DNA of 24,000 nucleotides from Tsukamurella phage TIN3: the sequence record NC_028966.1. One strand, 5' to 3'. The notes below the pieces were generated by a model. That model was not told where the DNA came from and ran no database searches. It saw only the letters and a program-made list of their open reading frames with translations. This document shows positions 1 to 8,489 of this stretch, one piece after another. The translations under genes and the position numbers were made by a program. The first letter of the stretch is position 1. Every line of letters begins with the position of its first letter.

Positions 1-37
1 ATGAGCTTCATGAGCGCGTCCTTGAAGTCGAAGATGT

Positions 38-298
38 TCACACCTCACCTCCCAACATGTAGGTTCCGAAGACCGTCCCGGCGTACCCGGCGAGGCCGCT
101 AGCAGCGGACAGACTGCCCGCCAGGACAGTGCATCGGTACTGCTCGTTGTCCTGAAGCGCGCCCACGAGGCTCAGCGCGATCATGCAGTCCCCGATCTGC
201 TGGTCGGCCTCCATTGCGCCGCCCGCCACCAGGTACTCGGCGAGCGCATCGAGCGCCTTTTGCTTGAGCTCCGCGCGCTTGTTCGCATCGTCAATCAA
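38..298 (-). CDS. Small hypothetical phage protein (start re-assigned to TTG at 298)
   Basis: The track ORF 38..337 begins inside a predicted promoter. A GGAGGAGG SD (plus-strand CCTCCTCC 307-314) sits 8 nt from TTG ATT GAC GAT. Confidence 0.6.
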   Translation of the reverse strand: MIDDANKRAELKQKALDALAEYLVAGGAMEADQQIGDCMIALSLVGALQDNEQYRCTVLAGSLSAASGLAGYAGTVFGTYMLGGEV

Positions 299-325
299 AG
301 TTTGTTCCTCCTCCGTACGCCTACG

Positions 326-354
326 ATAGTACCACATCGTAGGGTGTTTGTCAA
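326..354 (-). promoter_or_regulatory. Sigma70-like promoter TTGACA-N17-TACTAT
   Basis: Minus strand TTGACA AACACCCTACGATGTGG TACTAT, read directly from the sequence. Confidence 0.75.
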
Positions 355-1046
355 TTCCCCACTAGCTGGGCCTTCTCGTGCTCGAACTGTTCGTCAGTGA
401 GCTTGAACATCGACTGAATCGCCATGTCCGGGATGCCCTTCTTGAGCATGTTGCGTAGGTGCTCGCGCTCGTCGCTGCCGAATGCGCGGAACTTGCCGGT
501 CTTGGGGTCGGCCTTCGGCCCACGAGCGGGCTTCGCGGCCCGTTTCGGCGCAGGCTTCTCCGCTTCTCGCATCGGAAGTGGCATCGGGTTGTATCCGCCG
601 CACCCTGGCGTGTCCATGAAGTCGATCTCGCCAGCGTTCATGCGGTAGCGCTTGAGTGCCCACTTGCTCACGGCAGGCACGTCTTCGAAGTGGGGAACAC
701 TGATGATCTGAATCGCCATCGCCAGCCCCTGCGCCTGACCTTGGAGCTTGTGAAAGCCCTCGATCTCTTCAGGGGTCATCGAGCCGTCCTTGTACTTGGC
801 GCGCTGATCCATGATCGCTTTGGTTACTCGATCGAGCTCGATCCAGTTCTGTTCGATGAGGCTAGGGCCTGCAGGCATAGGTTCCCCCTTTTCTTCTTTG
901 TATGGACAGTTCGCACCATGCTTATCGTGCGCAGTCCATGCGGCCTTTTCAGACCGATGGTTTGACTCCCATTCACACTGTGGATCGCCGCAGGTGAACA
1001 TCCATCCGACCTCTGCCGGATAAACCTCAGGCCATGAGACCTTCAT
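351..1046 (-). CDS. Hypothetical protein with N-terminal Cys/His-rich zinc-finger-like region (FTCGDPQCEW...H...HDKHGANC)
   Basis: Long ORF. Acidic/basic composition and cysteine spacing are coherent. The start may be the internal ATG at 1001. Confidence 0.75.
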   Translation of the reverse strand: MKVSWPEVYPAEVGWMFTCGDPQCEWESNHRSEKAAWTAHDKHGANCPYKEEKGEPMPAGPSLIEQNWIELDRVTKAIMDQRAKYKDGSMTPEEIEGFHKLQGQAQGLAMAIQIISVPHFEDVPAVSKWALKRYRMNAGEIDFMDTPGCGGYNPMPLPMREAEKPAPKRAAKPARGPKADPKTGKFRAFGSDEREHLRNMLKKGIPDMAIQSMFKLTDEQFEHEKAQLVGN

Positions 1047-1179
1047 CGGGCTTGACTTCCTCTTCTTCCTCAGGAGTCATCGGTGGCCGCAGCTTCGAGA
1101 GGTCCATTACCTCGTTGGCCTCTTCGGTGTGCGGCTCGGGTGCGTCGTCTGGATCAGCCCAGTACGGAGTCGATGCCAT
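1027..1179 (-). CDS. 50-aa acidic small protein MASTPYWADPDDAPEPHTEEANEVMDLSKLRPPMTPEEEEEVKPDEGLMA, not in ORF track
   Basis: Open frame that fills the gap between two genes and overlaps the next gene start by 20 nt. Confidence 0.5.
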   Translation of the reverse strand: MASTPYWADPDDAPEPHTEEANEVMDLSKLRPPMTPEEEEEVKPDEGLMA

Positions 1180-1180
1180 C

Positions 1181-1582
1181 TCAGTAGCAGTGGGCCCAGG
1201 AGTAGTTGCTGTCGTTGTCGGACGACTCCGAGACCTTGTAGCCGTTGACGTAAATCGAGCAGTAGACCGCTCCCCCGTTGGTGTCGTTGATCGAGGTGCT
1301 GATGTACTCGCTGGTCGAGCCGGTGAAGATCGTCCGCGTGATGCAGGTGATGCCCCGCTCGCTCGCGCCGTCCAGCCAGGTGTTAGCCCACGAGACCGTG
1401 TTGCCGTACTCGTTCTGGAAGGACAGGTTCACGGTCGCGCCGGTCGAGGAACAGAACTGCTGATCCACCTTCGAGTACGACGGGGCGGTAACGGCGCTCG
1501 CCTCGCCTGCGTATGCACCACCGACGAAGGCGAGCGCGGCGGCGACGGTCAGAACGGATGCGGTCTTGGTCTTACGATTCAT
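1181..1582 (-). CDS. Secreted small protein with signal peptide, weakly MmpS-like C-terminus (AVYCSIYVNGYKV...AHCY)
   Basis: MNRKTKTASVLTVAAALAFVGGAYAGEASA signal-peptide-like N-terminus. Strong SD AGGAGG upstream of the ATG. Confidence 0.75.
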   Translation of the reverse strand: MNRKTKTASVLTVAAALAFVGGAYAGEASAVTAPSYSKVDQQFCSSTGATVNLSFQNEYGNTVSWANTWLDGASERGITCITRTIFTGSTSEYISTSINDTNGGAVYCSIYVNGYKVSESSDNDSNYSWAHCY

Positions 1583-1640
1583 GGTGTTACCTCCTGGGGT
1601 TGTACGATTAAGATAGAACTGGTACTACCTGCTAGTTTGC

Positions 1641-1679
1641 GAATAGCCCGAGCAGCGATCCATACTGCTCGGGCTATTC
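1641..1679. terminator. Perfect 15-bp inverted repeat GAATAGCCCGAGCAG-9nt-CTGCTCGGGCTATTC
   Basis: Exact inverted repeat 1641-1655 / 1665-1679 in an intergenic region. Confidence 0.7.
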
Positions 1680-1741
1680 TCCCTGTTCCGCTTGCTGCTC
1701 CAGCGACATTCGACGTAGGGTTAACACGCTCGCTGGCGGCT

Positions 1742-1768
1742 CTGGGGCTATCCCGACATTCGCCCCAG
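1742..1768. repeat. Inverted repeat CTGGGGC...GCCCCAG (hairpin)
   Basis: 7-bp exact inverted repeat in the same intergenic region. Confidence 0.4.
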
Positions 1769-1988
1769 TCTGCCTTGCTTTCATACCAGTAATGAGAGGT
1801 CGGTAAGGCTAGCTTGGGTGTAGGCTTGCCTCTTACCTACTGCTGGGTCATTCACACAACCACTTAGTCTCTCGCTTCACTGGACCCCCAGAAACGCGAG
1901 CAAACCGTCCCAGCCCCGCGACTACTCGTACCGACCCGGTCGCACTTGACAACAATCGAGTTCGACGTTAGTAGCTTGTGTTGAAGAC

Positions 1989-2411
1989 TTACTCGTCCTC
2001 GCCGCCGTCCTCGTTGTCCTTCTTCGCCGGGGGATCGGCGTGGAAGTGCGAAAGCGGCTCGTGGTTGAGTCCGTCGTGGAACGCGAGTGCGTCCTCGGGC
2101 GTCATCGAGTTGATGTCGGCGAGGCTGTAGCCGTGGCGGTCCACGAGGTGACGCTTGACGGTGTCGAGGTTGACGAGGTTCAGGCGGCGGGCCTTCATCT
2201 CGGGCTCGGCCTCGAGCGCCACGCGGATGTCCTCGATCTCGTCGTGCTTGACCAGGCCGAGGTGCGACTTGCCCTTCTCCTTGAAGGCGATCATCTCGGG
2301 CGAGGACGAGGCGACGGTGCCGGTGACGTACTCGTCGGAACCGACGAGCTTGAGCTCCACGCGCTTGCCGTCGTAGTCGGTCAGCTCGAGCTCGGTCGTG
2401 GGTGCGGACAT
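1989..2411 (-). CDS. Hypothetical protein, possible small beta-barrel N-terminal domain
   Basis: ORF with SD (ACTAGGAGAAATC ATG). N-terminal segment VELKLVGSDEYVTGTVASSSPEMIAFKEKGKSHLGLVKHDEIEDI. Confidence 0.75.
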   Translation of the reverse strand: MSAPTTELELTDYDGKRVELKLVGSDEYVTGTVASSSPEMIAFKEKGKSHLGLVKHDEIEDIRVALEAEPEMKARRLNLVNLDTVKRHLVDRHGYSLADINSMTPEDALAFHDGLNHEPLSHFHADPPAKKDNEDGGEDE

Positions 2412-2462
2412 GATTTCTCCTAGTTTCGTGTGGTCAGGGGCGTCCGTGCGCCGTACCCGTTA

Positions 2463-2492
2463 ATGGTACCACGGGCACGGGCACGGGCGCAA
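2463..2492 (-). promoter_or_regulatory. Promoter candidate TTGCGC-N18-TACCAT with (CCCGTG)n spacer repeat
   Basis: Minus strand TTGCGC CCGTGCCCGTGCCCGTGG TACCAT upstream of the 1989-2411 gene. Confidence 0.4.
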
Positions 2493-2529
2493 CCCGACGC
2501 GGGATGAACTTTCCCGAACGGAAGGTTCG

Positions 2530-3126
2530 CTACCCGGCGCGGAGAACCTGCAGACTGCGCAGACCGTCCACGCCCATGAACTTCACGAGGTCGCTCCAGG
2601 TCTTCGGGCTCGCCGTGTTGCCCGAGCCGCACGAGAGGAACCACATGCGCTTGCGGAAGACCTCGCGCTGAGTGAACTGATCGTTCTCGAACTGGTTCAC
2701 GCGCACCTCGATGCCGATCGCCACGTACTCGTAGACCTTGTTGTCCCGGAAGACCTTGTTGAAGGCGACGATGGGCGAGTTGCCGTTGGTGTCGTTGATC
2801 GGCTCTCGGCTGAGCATCGACTCGGCGAGCTCCTCCTGCAGCGAACGCACCGTCTGCTCGTGCGAGGTGAGCCGCGACTCGATCGTGTCGCGCGCCTGGA
2901 TCGCCTCGCTGAGCTGCTTCGCCACGTCGGCGAGCGGGCGGGAGACTCCGAAGGCCCTGGTGATGCTCTCGCCCAGGGCGTTCGGGGTGATGTCCACCTT
3001 CTCGCCACCGCTCGAGGCCCTGTCAGCCTCGAGCTCCTTGCGCATCCGACACTTGGCACGCTCATGCGAGGTCGCCGGGTGGGTGCAGTTCGAGTGGTTG
3101 ACGCGCTTCATCTTGGTTACCGTCAT
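2530..3126 (-). CDS. Hypothetical protein with coiled-coil-like segment
   Basis: 198-aa ORF. Cys/His N-terminus (HSNCTHPATSHERAKC) and heptad-like EAIQARDTIESRLTSHEQTVRSLQEELAE. Confidence 0.75.
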   Translation of the reverse strand: MTVTKMKRVNHSNCTHPATSHERAKCRMRKELEADRASSGGEKVDITPNALGESITRAFGVSRPLADVAKQLSEAIQARDTIESRLTSHEQTVRSLQEELAESMLSREPINDTNGNSPIVAFNKVFRDNKVYEYVAIGIEVRVNQFENDQFTQREVFRKRMWFLSCGSGNTASPKTWSDLVKFMGVDGLRSLQVLRAG

Positions 3127-3138
3127 GGGCTTACCTCC

Positions 3139-3423
3139 CTACTTCTTGTCGTCGTCGGACGGGATGAGGTCCTCGGGGTCGGGTCGCGGGCCACTGCCCG
3201 AGTCGATCGGCTCGCCCACCTGGCGAACTCCGACGGGCTTGATCTTCTCGCCCACGTCGCGCGGGCCGTTGCCCGACTCGATCTTCGTCGCCGAGGGGCC
3301 GGTGCCCAGGTCGCCGTCATTGGCGTTGGTGTTGTTCGGGTCCGCGAAAGCCGCGCCGAGGCCGAAGCCGCTGGCGCTGAAGGCGATCATGAGACCGACG
3401 GCGAAACGCTTGGTGTTGTTCAT
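3139..3423 (-). CDS. Small secreted acidic/Gly-Pro-rich protein with signal peptide
   Basis: MNNTKRFAVGLMIAFSASGFGLGAAFA|DP...; ATG at 3423 preceded by AGGAGG. The track start at 3684 is over-extended. Confidence 0.75.
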   Translation of the reverse strand: MNNTKRFAVGLMIAFSASGFGLGAAFADPNNTNANDGDLGTGPSATKIESGNGPRDVGEKIKPVGVRQVGEPIDSGSGPRPDPEDLIPSDDDKK

Positions 3424-3589
3424 TTGGAACCTCCTGTGATTGGTTTCTGTTCGGACGGTTTGCCGAACTTGCAGTGTGTGCACTTGCTTCCGTGATTGAT
3501 CCACGAGCCACAGTCCGAACACGTCGGACGGAAGCGCTCGGGATTCTCGATTGGCGGCGGAGGCGGAATGCTTGCCGCCCCGTTCTCGC

Positions 3590-3844
3590 TCATCGCTTGT
3601 AGTTGCTCGCGGTCTCGAGGAACTCGGGACGCTCGGCGGCGCCCTCAGTCGGGCGCGGGGTGTGCGTGCTCTCGCGCACCACACGCTCGATGTGACCGTC
3701 GAGCGGTCCGACGCCGCTCTCGAGCAGGGTGTCGAGGGCCGCCCGAGCCGCGTCGATCAGCACCTTCCTCGGCACCGACTGGTCGGCCTCGAGCTCCACG
3801 CGGTACTCGTGCTGATCGTTCTCGAGTTCGATGTTGATTCGCAT
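3590..3844 (-). CDS. Hypothetical protein
   Basis: 84-aa ORF with SD AAGGAGAG before the ATG. Confidence 0.65.
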   Translation of the reverse strand: MRINIELENDQHEYRVELEADQSVPRKVLIDAARAALDTLLESGVGPLDGHIERVVRESTHTPRPTEGAAERPEFLETASNYKR

Positions 3845-3853
3845 GATCTCTCC

Positions 3854-4111
3854 TTACATGCACTCGCCGTTGTGCTCGGTGAAGCACTCGTTACACATCG
3901 GCGTCTTTCGGATTTTGGATTGTCTGTATCGAGGCGGATCGTCCTCCTCGGCGGCGCGCTTCGCCTCCCAGTGGGTGGGCAAATCGACACCAGTAGCACA
4001 CGAGGCGTGTTGCCACGGCCCGCCCTCGTGAGGCGTGACCGGATCGCCGAGGTGAATCTTCGTGCGACATGCAGGACAGGTCGATTCTTTCTTGGCAGGA
4101 ATGATCGTCAT
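3854..4111 (-). CDS. Small zinc-binding protein with two CxxC pairs
   Basis: MTIIPAKKESTCPACRTKIHLGDPVTPHEGGPWQHASC...MCNECFTEHNGEC. Start at 4111 overlaps the upstream stop (TGATG). Confidence 0.7.
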   Translation of the reverse strand: MTIIPAKKESTCPACRTKIHLGDPVTPHEGGPWQHASCATGVDLPTHWEAKRAAEEDDPPRYRQSKIRKTPMCNECFTEHNGECM

Positions 4112-4338
4112 CACATCGCTCCATGCTTCCGTCTGACGTGACCGACGAAGCCTCCGACAGTCACCCGGTCTCCGCACTCGTCGCATGTCCAGCCGTGCTG
4201 AAGTATGTAATACCTCACGAAACCTCGCGGCGCTCCTGTGGCGTTCATCTTGACGTATAGCTCGGTTGCGATGTACGGGTCATAACCCTGCTTGATCGCC
4301 TTGTTGACTTCGCGAGTCACCTTGATTGACCTACTCAT
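4111..4338 (-). CDS. Small protein with C2H2-like finger (CDECGDRVTVGGFVGHVRRKH)
   Basis: 75-aa ORF, overlapping neighbours on both sides. Confidence 0.7.
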   Translation of the reverse strand: MSRSIKVTREVNKAIKQGYDPYIATELYVKMNATGAPRGFVRYYILQHGWTCDECGDRVTVGGFVGHVRRKHGAM

Positions 4339-4856
4339 GCATCACCAACGATCTCCGACAGGGCAGCATCGACGCGCGGCTTGTGCGGGTTGCGTACGTC
4401 TTTGCCATTGTATCGCTCACCCTTGCGCATGTCTACGCAGAACTCGCCCGCGTTCGAGCCGCATCGAGGGCAATCGACAATGAGCGAGTTGACGATATAC
4501 CCCGAGTCGGTCAACGCTTCAGTGTAGCGAAGCGTGATCTCCTCGTCGTACTTCTTCTTGCGAATGTCGTTGTCGAGGTCGATGATCTCGCGTGGCGGAA
4601 GCGTCTTGCGCACCTCCTTGATTTGCGCCTTGGCCTCCATCACCTCGAGGTACGCCTTCACGTCCTCGACGCTGCACTTGTGGTAATTGTACGACACGAT
4701 GGGACGAACAAAGCCTTCGCCGTCGAGGAACACGCCCGACCGAACTGAGTTCGCCTCGAGCGGCTGCGACCACCGAGACGGCTCATCGGCCCGCTTTGCC
4801 CAGATTACCGAGCCGCCGCACGAAGTGCACGAACTGATCATTCCGGTTTCACTCAT
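4335..4856 (-). CDS. Hypothetical zinc-finger protein (N-terminal SCTSCGGSV; C-terminal DCPRCGSNAGEFC...H..R)
   Basis: 173-aa ORF with near-perfect SD AGGAGGTGAT upstream of the ATG. Confidence 0.8.
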   Translation of the reverse strand: MSETGMISSCTSCGGSVIWAKRADEPSRWSQPLEANSVRSGVFLDGEGFVRPIVSYNYHKCSVEDVKAYLEVMEAKAQIKEVRKTLPPREIIDLDNDIRKKKYDEEITLRYTEALTDSGYIVNSLIVDCPRCGSNAGEFCVDMRKGERYNGKDVRNPHKPRVDAALSEIVGDA

Positions 4857-4860
4857 TGTA

Positions 4861-4938
4861 TCACCTCCTATCGAGCCAACTTATGAACGCGATGAGTCCC
4901 AGCAGGGACACGAACGAAAGGGCCTCGGGCCAAGTCAC
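4861..4938 (-). CDS. 25-aa single-TM microprotein MTWPEALSFVSLLGLIAFISWLDRR, not in ORF track as such
   Basis: GTG start overlaps the VWA stop (GTGA), SD AGAGG precedes it, and the TGA stop lies 4 nt before the next gene's ATG. Confidence 0.6.
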   Translation of the reverse strand: MTWPEALSFVSLLGLIAFISWLDRR

Positions 4939-6845
4939 AGCAACCTCTTTCCCAGGTGTTCGACCACCTTCCGGTAATCCTCGGGACCGTCCACCTGGAA
5001 GGTGTCGAAGCCGTGCTCCTTCGGCGAGTCGACCCCCATTCCCACAGCCATGAGAGTGATGTTGTTCTTCCGAGCGTACTCGATCTCCGACTTCAGAACA
5101 CGCAGTTCCTCGTCGTAGTTCGAGGCGGGCATAGCTCCATCGGTGTAGTACATGACGATCTTCTCGGTCGCCTTGGACTGCTCGGCACGCTTGCGGTAGA
5201 ACTGCAGCGTGTGTCCGTCCAGGTTGCCCATGCTCGAGTTGATGGTGCGCAGGTTGTTGCGCGCCTTCTTGTCCCACGGCTTGTTCGCCGCCTTGATCTC
5301 GTAAAAGGCGGGCGACTCGTCGCCGGTCGAGTAGCTGTAGTCCGAGGTATGTGCCCACACCTCAAACGAGATACCGAGTCGGTGACACACGTCAGACATG
5401 GCCAGGACCGCCATCTTCTCCACCTCGATAGTGTCGCCCGAGGTTGAGCCTGATATGTCCATGCCGATCACAACGTGATAGCTACGCTTGTCGGGCACAA
5501 CACGCTTCGAGAACAGGCGCTCGTCGCCGAACGGTACCCGGCGCGCGAGCATCTTCCCTGCAACCTTGCCGCTCCGCTGGTTCCGGTGATGCTCTACACG
5601 AGCGTTCACGCCGAAGGCCAACCGAGCCGCCGTGATAGCAGGGCTCAAGTGACGCTCGTCCGACTTGAACAGGTGCTCGGGGTATGGCTGGTTGTAGTAG
5701 TTGTTCTTGTACGCAGGCTGACCGGGTTCGGGGATGTAGATCTTCGGCGCGCCGACGTTCTCGGGAACGTGATCGAGCATCTTGTACGAGTCGACAGCGT
5801 TCTGAACATCTTCGGGACGAAGACCCTCGGTAGCCGGTCCGTCGTCGCCCTTGCCTGAGCCCATTCCGCGCTTGCCGTCGTCCTTGTCACTGATCTCAGT
5901 GCCGTGACCGAACAAGATCTTCATGAGCTTGTTGATCAGCTCGAACAGCTCGTCGTTCTTCTCTTCCTCGTCTGGGTCAACGATCATGTAGCCGTTCTCG
6001 TTCATGATCGTCAGCACCGCGAGAACCACCTCGAATGAGGCGACGGTGTCGGACGCCTCGAGGGCGTCCTTGCCGCACCGCTTGAGCTTAGCATCCCCGG
6101 TTACGAAGTCAACCACTTCGTCAACAAAGAATCCGTCGATCTCAATTCCGTTAGCCGTGAACAGGAATGCGAGCGCGAGCTGCATCTCGATCTTCATGTC
6201 CTCGTAGTAGGTAACCGTACCGTCCTGGTTGGAGATACCGTTCACCATGATGTCTTCGCTCAGCGCCCGGTAGGCGAGCTCCTCGTCGTGGTCGAAGGCC
6301 AACCGAGCCGCGTCACACCGCGCATCTTCCATGCACAGCATGAGCATACTCAGCCAAGGGTGGCGCGCCTTGTTGACGTGCCCGATGAGCGGGATGTTCG
6401 TGCCCTCCACGTTGAGGTGGTCCTGCATCCTGCGGACGAAGGCCTGCGGTAGGCTGTACGGGTCGCCCGGTGTGCCGCAGTCCATGAGCAGCGACACCGT
6501 ACGCCCGACGCTGAACCGGGCAAACGAACCGTGCACGATGTGCCCAATCTCGTGCTTGAGTACCGTCATGACGTGCTCGCGGGACGCGCACGCGGGGCAC
6601 AGCAGAAGGCCGAACTCGCGCTCATCGCACAGCGCTCGGTTGTGACGCTGTGGCAACCCGAGCTCCATCGGCGGGGCAATCGTGATCGTCTTGCCGTCGG
6701 TCTGACTGTTAGCACCGGCGACAATCTTGAGCCCCTGTACTCCGGTCTCGGATCGAGCGTAGGACTGAAGTGCGGGAATCATCGTGTTGAACCTGCGGAC
6801 CGCCTTAGCGGCGAGCTGCCTGCGCTTGCGCGTAGTCGCGTCCAT
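4935..6845 (-). CDS. HExxH + VWA domain protein (CobT-like / VWA-like metallopeptidase architecture)
   Basis: LKHEIGHIVHGSF zinc-metallopeptidase-like motif, plus VVIGMDISGSTSGDT (MIDAS DxSxS) and downstream MYYTDGAMP. Confidence 0.85.
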   Translation of the reverse strand: MDATTRKRRQLAAKAVRRFNTMIPALQSYARSETGVQGLKIVAGANSQTDGKTITIAPPMELGLPQRHNRALCDEREFGLLLCPACASREHVMTVLKHEIGHIVHGSFARFSVGRTVSLLMDCGTPGDPYSLPQAFVRRMQDHLNVEGTNIPLIGHVNKARHPWLSMLMLCMEDARCDAARLAFDHDEELAYRALSEDIMVNGISNQDGTVTYYEDMKIEMQLALAFLFTANGIEIDGFFVDEVVDFVTGDAKLKRCGKDALEASDTVASFEVVLAVLTIMNENGYMIVDPDEEEKNDELFELINKLMKILFGHGTEISDKDDGKRGMGSGKGDDGPATEGLRPEDVQNAVDSYKMLDHVPENVGAPKIYIPEPGQPAYKNNYYNQPYPEHLFKSDERHLSPAITAARLAFGVNARVEHHRNQRSGKVAGKMLARRVPFGDERLFSKRVVPDKRSYHVVIGMDISGSTSGDTIEVEKMAVLAMSDVCHRLGISFEVWAHTSDYSYSTGDESPAFYEIKAANKPWDKKARNNLRTINSSMGNLDGHTLQFYRKRAEQSKATEKIVMYYTDGAMPASNYDEELRVLKSEIEYARKNNITLMAVGMGVDSPKEHGFDTFQVDGPEDYRKVVEHLGKRLL

Positions 6846-6848
6846 TGT

Positions 6849-8441
6849 TCACCTCCTTACGTTACGCTGTCGGATCTTCTTGTTCTGAGCGGTGACCTCT
6901 TCGTTCACGATGCTGAGCACAACTTCGCGAACCTCGGGCTCGAGGTAGTCGAGCACGCCGAGGCTGTACGCCTTCTCGAGGTCGAACCAGGCGGTAGCGC
7001 GAGCCACCTTGATCTGGTTTCGGATACCCCAGGTCAGGGGCAGCTCGCCGTTGTCGCTCATCTCGCGCAGGGTCTTCGCGACCCGCATGAGAATGTCTTC
7101 GTGGTCCTGGCTGAAGTCGAAGCCGTCCAGTTCGCAGCGGGCTCGGATGATGCCGCGCTCGGTGTGCTCGTCGGGCATGTCAACGAAGATATGCATGAGT
7201 CGCGAACCGTCAGCGTCGCCAATCATCTCGGCACCGACGTTACGAGCGTCCCAGGCCGGGTTCATCGCCATTCCCAGGAACGCGAAGGCGTGACGCTTGA
7301 TGACCTCGCCCTCGTTCTTGTCGTTCACGAGCTGCTTGCTGTTGTCGGTCAGCGGGCGAATGTACTGCCACACCTCGGGCGGGCCGGTGTTCGGCTCGTC
7401 CAACACGACGACGCAGGGCTTGACCCAGGCCTTCGGGATGCGACCCGGCTTGAACACGGTCTCGTTGTTCTCGAAGTGCATCTTCCCGGCGAGGTCGTCG
7501 ATCTCCGAGTCGCGCGTAATGCTGATGCGCTCGAACGGAAGCTGCATGAGCCATGCCATGTAGCGGAAGAACTCGGTCTTACCGGTGCCCGCCTTGCCAT
7601 GCAGGGCGGGCGTCTCGTCCAGATGGAACCACAGGGCTCCGACCGTGTACGAAAGCTGCATGTGATCGACATACTGCTCGGGGTGCTCGTCGTCGCCGGT
7701 CGCCGGAATCTTCGCCTGCTCCTCGGGCGAGAAGATCTCGCGCTTGAAGATCGGCAGGAAGACCTCGCGCTTGCCCGATACCAGGCGTCGCCAGGCGCGG
7801 ATGCCCTGCTTGTCCTGGGCGTCGGTGACCGGGCGATCAGTGGGGTACACTGCCGGATCGACGCTGGTATCGACGCGCTCGGCGCGTGCAGCCTTCGCGA
7901 TCTCCTCGGGCATGATGAACTTGGCGAGGTTCGGATCGACGTGCAGGCTGTTGAGCATCGTCTGGAAGTGCGCGTCGGGGTCCGATGCGGTCGAGCGCGC
8001 CGACACCTTGCAGTCTTTGGCGATCTGTGATGCCTTGAGGTCGGGAATCAGCTTCCCGAACTTGACGCAGGCTCCCATCGGAATGCCGATGCGCTCTGAC
8101 ACCTTCGCACCCTGCACGTAGAAGTAGCAGGCGCGGCAGGTCTTCGCGATACCCATCTTCTCGGTGGGCTCAGGCGGTGCACCGACACCGATGGTCAGCG
8201 CGATCTTCTTATCGCCTGCGGGGGCGTAAGCGTTGTGCTTCATGCACCGCGAACCGACCTCCTCAGAACGAATGTGCTCCTGCTCGGAGCTCATGTTCTG
8301 AGTAGCGAGAATAGTTCCGAGCAGTCCGCAGGTGCTCATCATCGTCGGCTTGCCGTAGACCTCGGTCTGCTTCGTCGTGTCTCCGCGACCGATGCGATGA
8401 ATGCAGTCTCCGCAGCTCTTCGGCCTATCGTTGTCCGTCAC
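6849..8441 (-). CDS. MoxR-like AAA+ ATPase with cysteine-rich N-terminal region
   Basis: Walker A GKAGTGKTEFF, Walker B CVVVLDEPNTG, sensor region FLGMAMNPAWD. GTG start at 8441 with SD AAAGGAG; the track start at 8693 crosses the promoter. Confidence 0.88.
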   Translation of the reverse strand: MTDNDRPKSCGDCIHRIGRGDTTKQTEVYGKPTMMSTCGLLGTILATQNMSSEQEHIRSEEVGSRCMKHNAYAPAGDKKIALTIGVGAPPEPTEKMGIAKTCRACYFYVQGAKVSERIGIPMGACVKFGKLIPDLKASQIAKDCKVSARSTASDPDAHFQTMLNSLHVDPNLAKFIMPEEIAKAARAERVDTSVDPAVYPTDRPVTDAQDKQGIRAWRRLVSGKREVFLPIFKREIFSPEEQAKIPATGDDEHPEQYVDHMQLSYTVGALWFHLDETPALHGKAGTGKTEFFRYMAWLMQLPFERISITRDSEIDDLAGKMHFENNETVFKPGRIPKAWVKPCVVVLDEPNTGPPEVWQYIRPLTDNSKQLVNDKNEGEVIKRHAFAFLGMAMNPAWDARNVGAEMIGDADGSRLMHIFVDMPDEHTERGIIRARCELDGFDFSQDHEDILMRVAKTLREMSDNGELPLTWGIRNQIKVARATAWFDLEKAYSLGVLDYLEPEVREVVLSIVNEEVTAQNKKIRQRNVRR

Positions 8442-8489
8442 TATGAGCACTCCTTTCGGTAGTGGTTGGCGCTCTTGGTCACATGGTAC

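Noticed and set aside
3139-3684. 181-aa version of the signal-peptide gene
   Set aside because: The extension upstream of 3423 has shadow-like composition, and a strong AGGAGG SD precedes the ATG at 3423.
6531-8030. 499-aa plus-strand ORF
   Set aside because: Antisense shadow of the MoxR/VWA genes. It has no SD and no recognisable motifs, while the minus frame carries Walker motifs.
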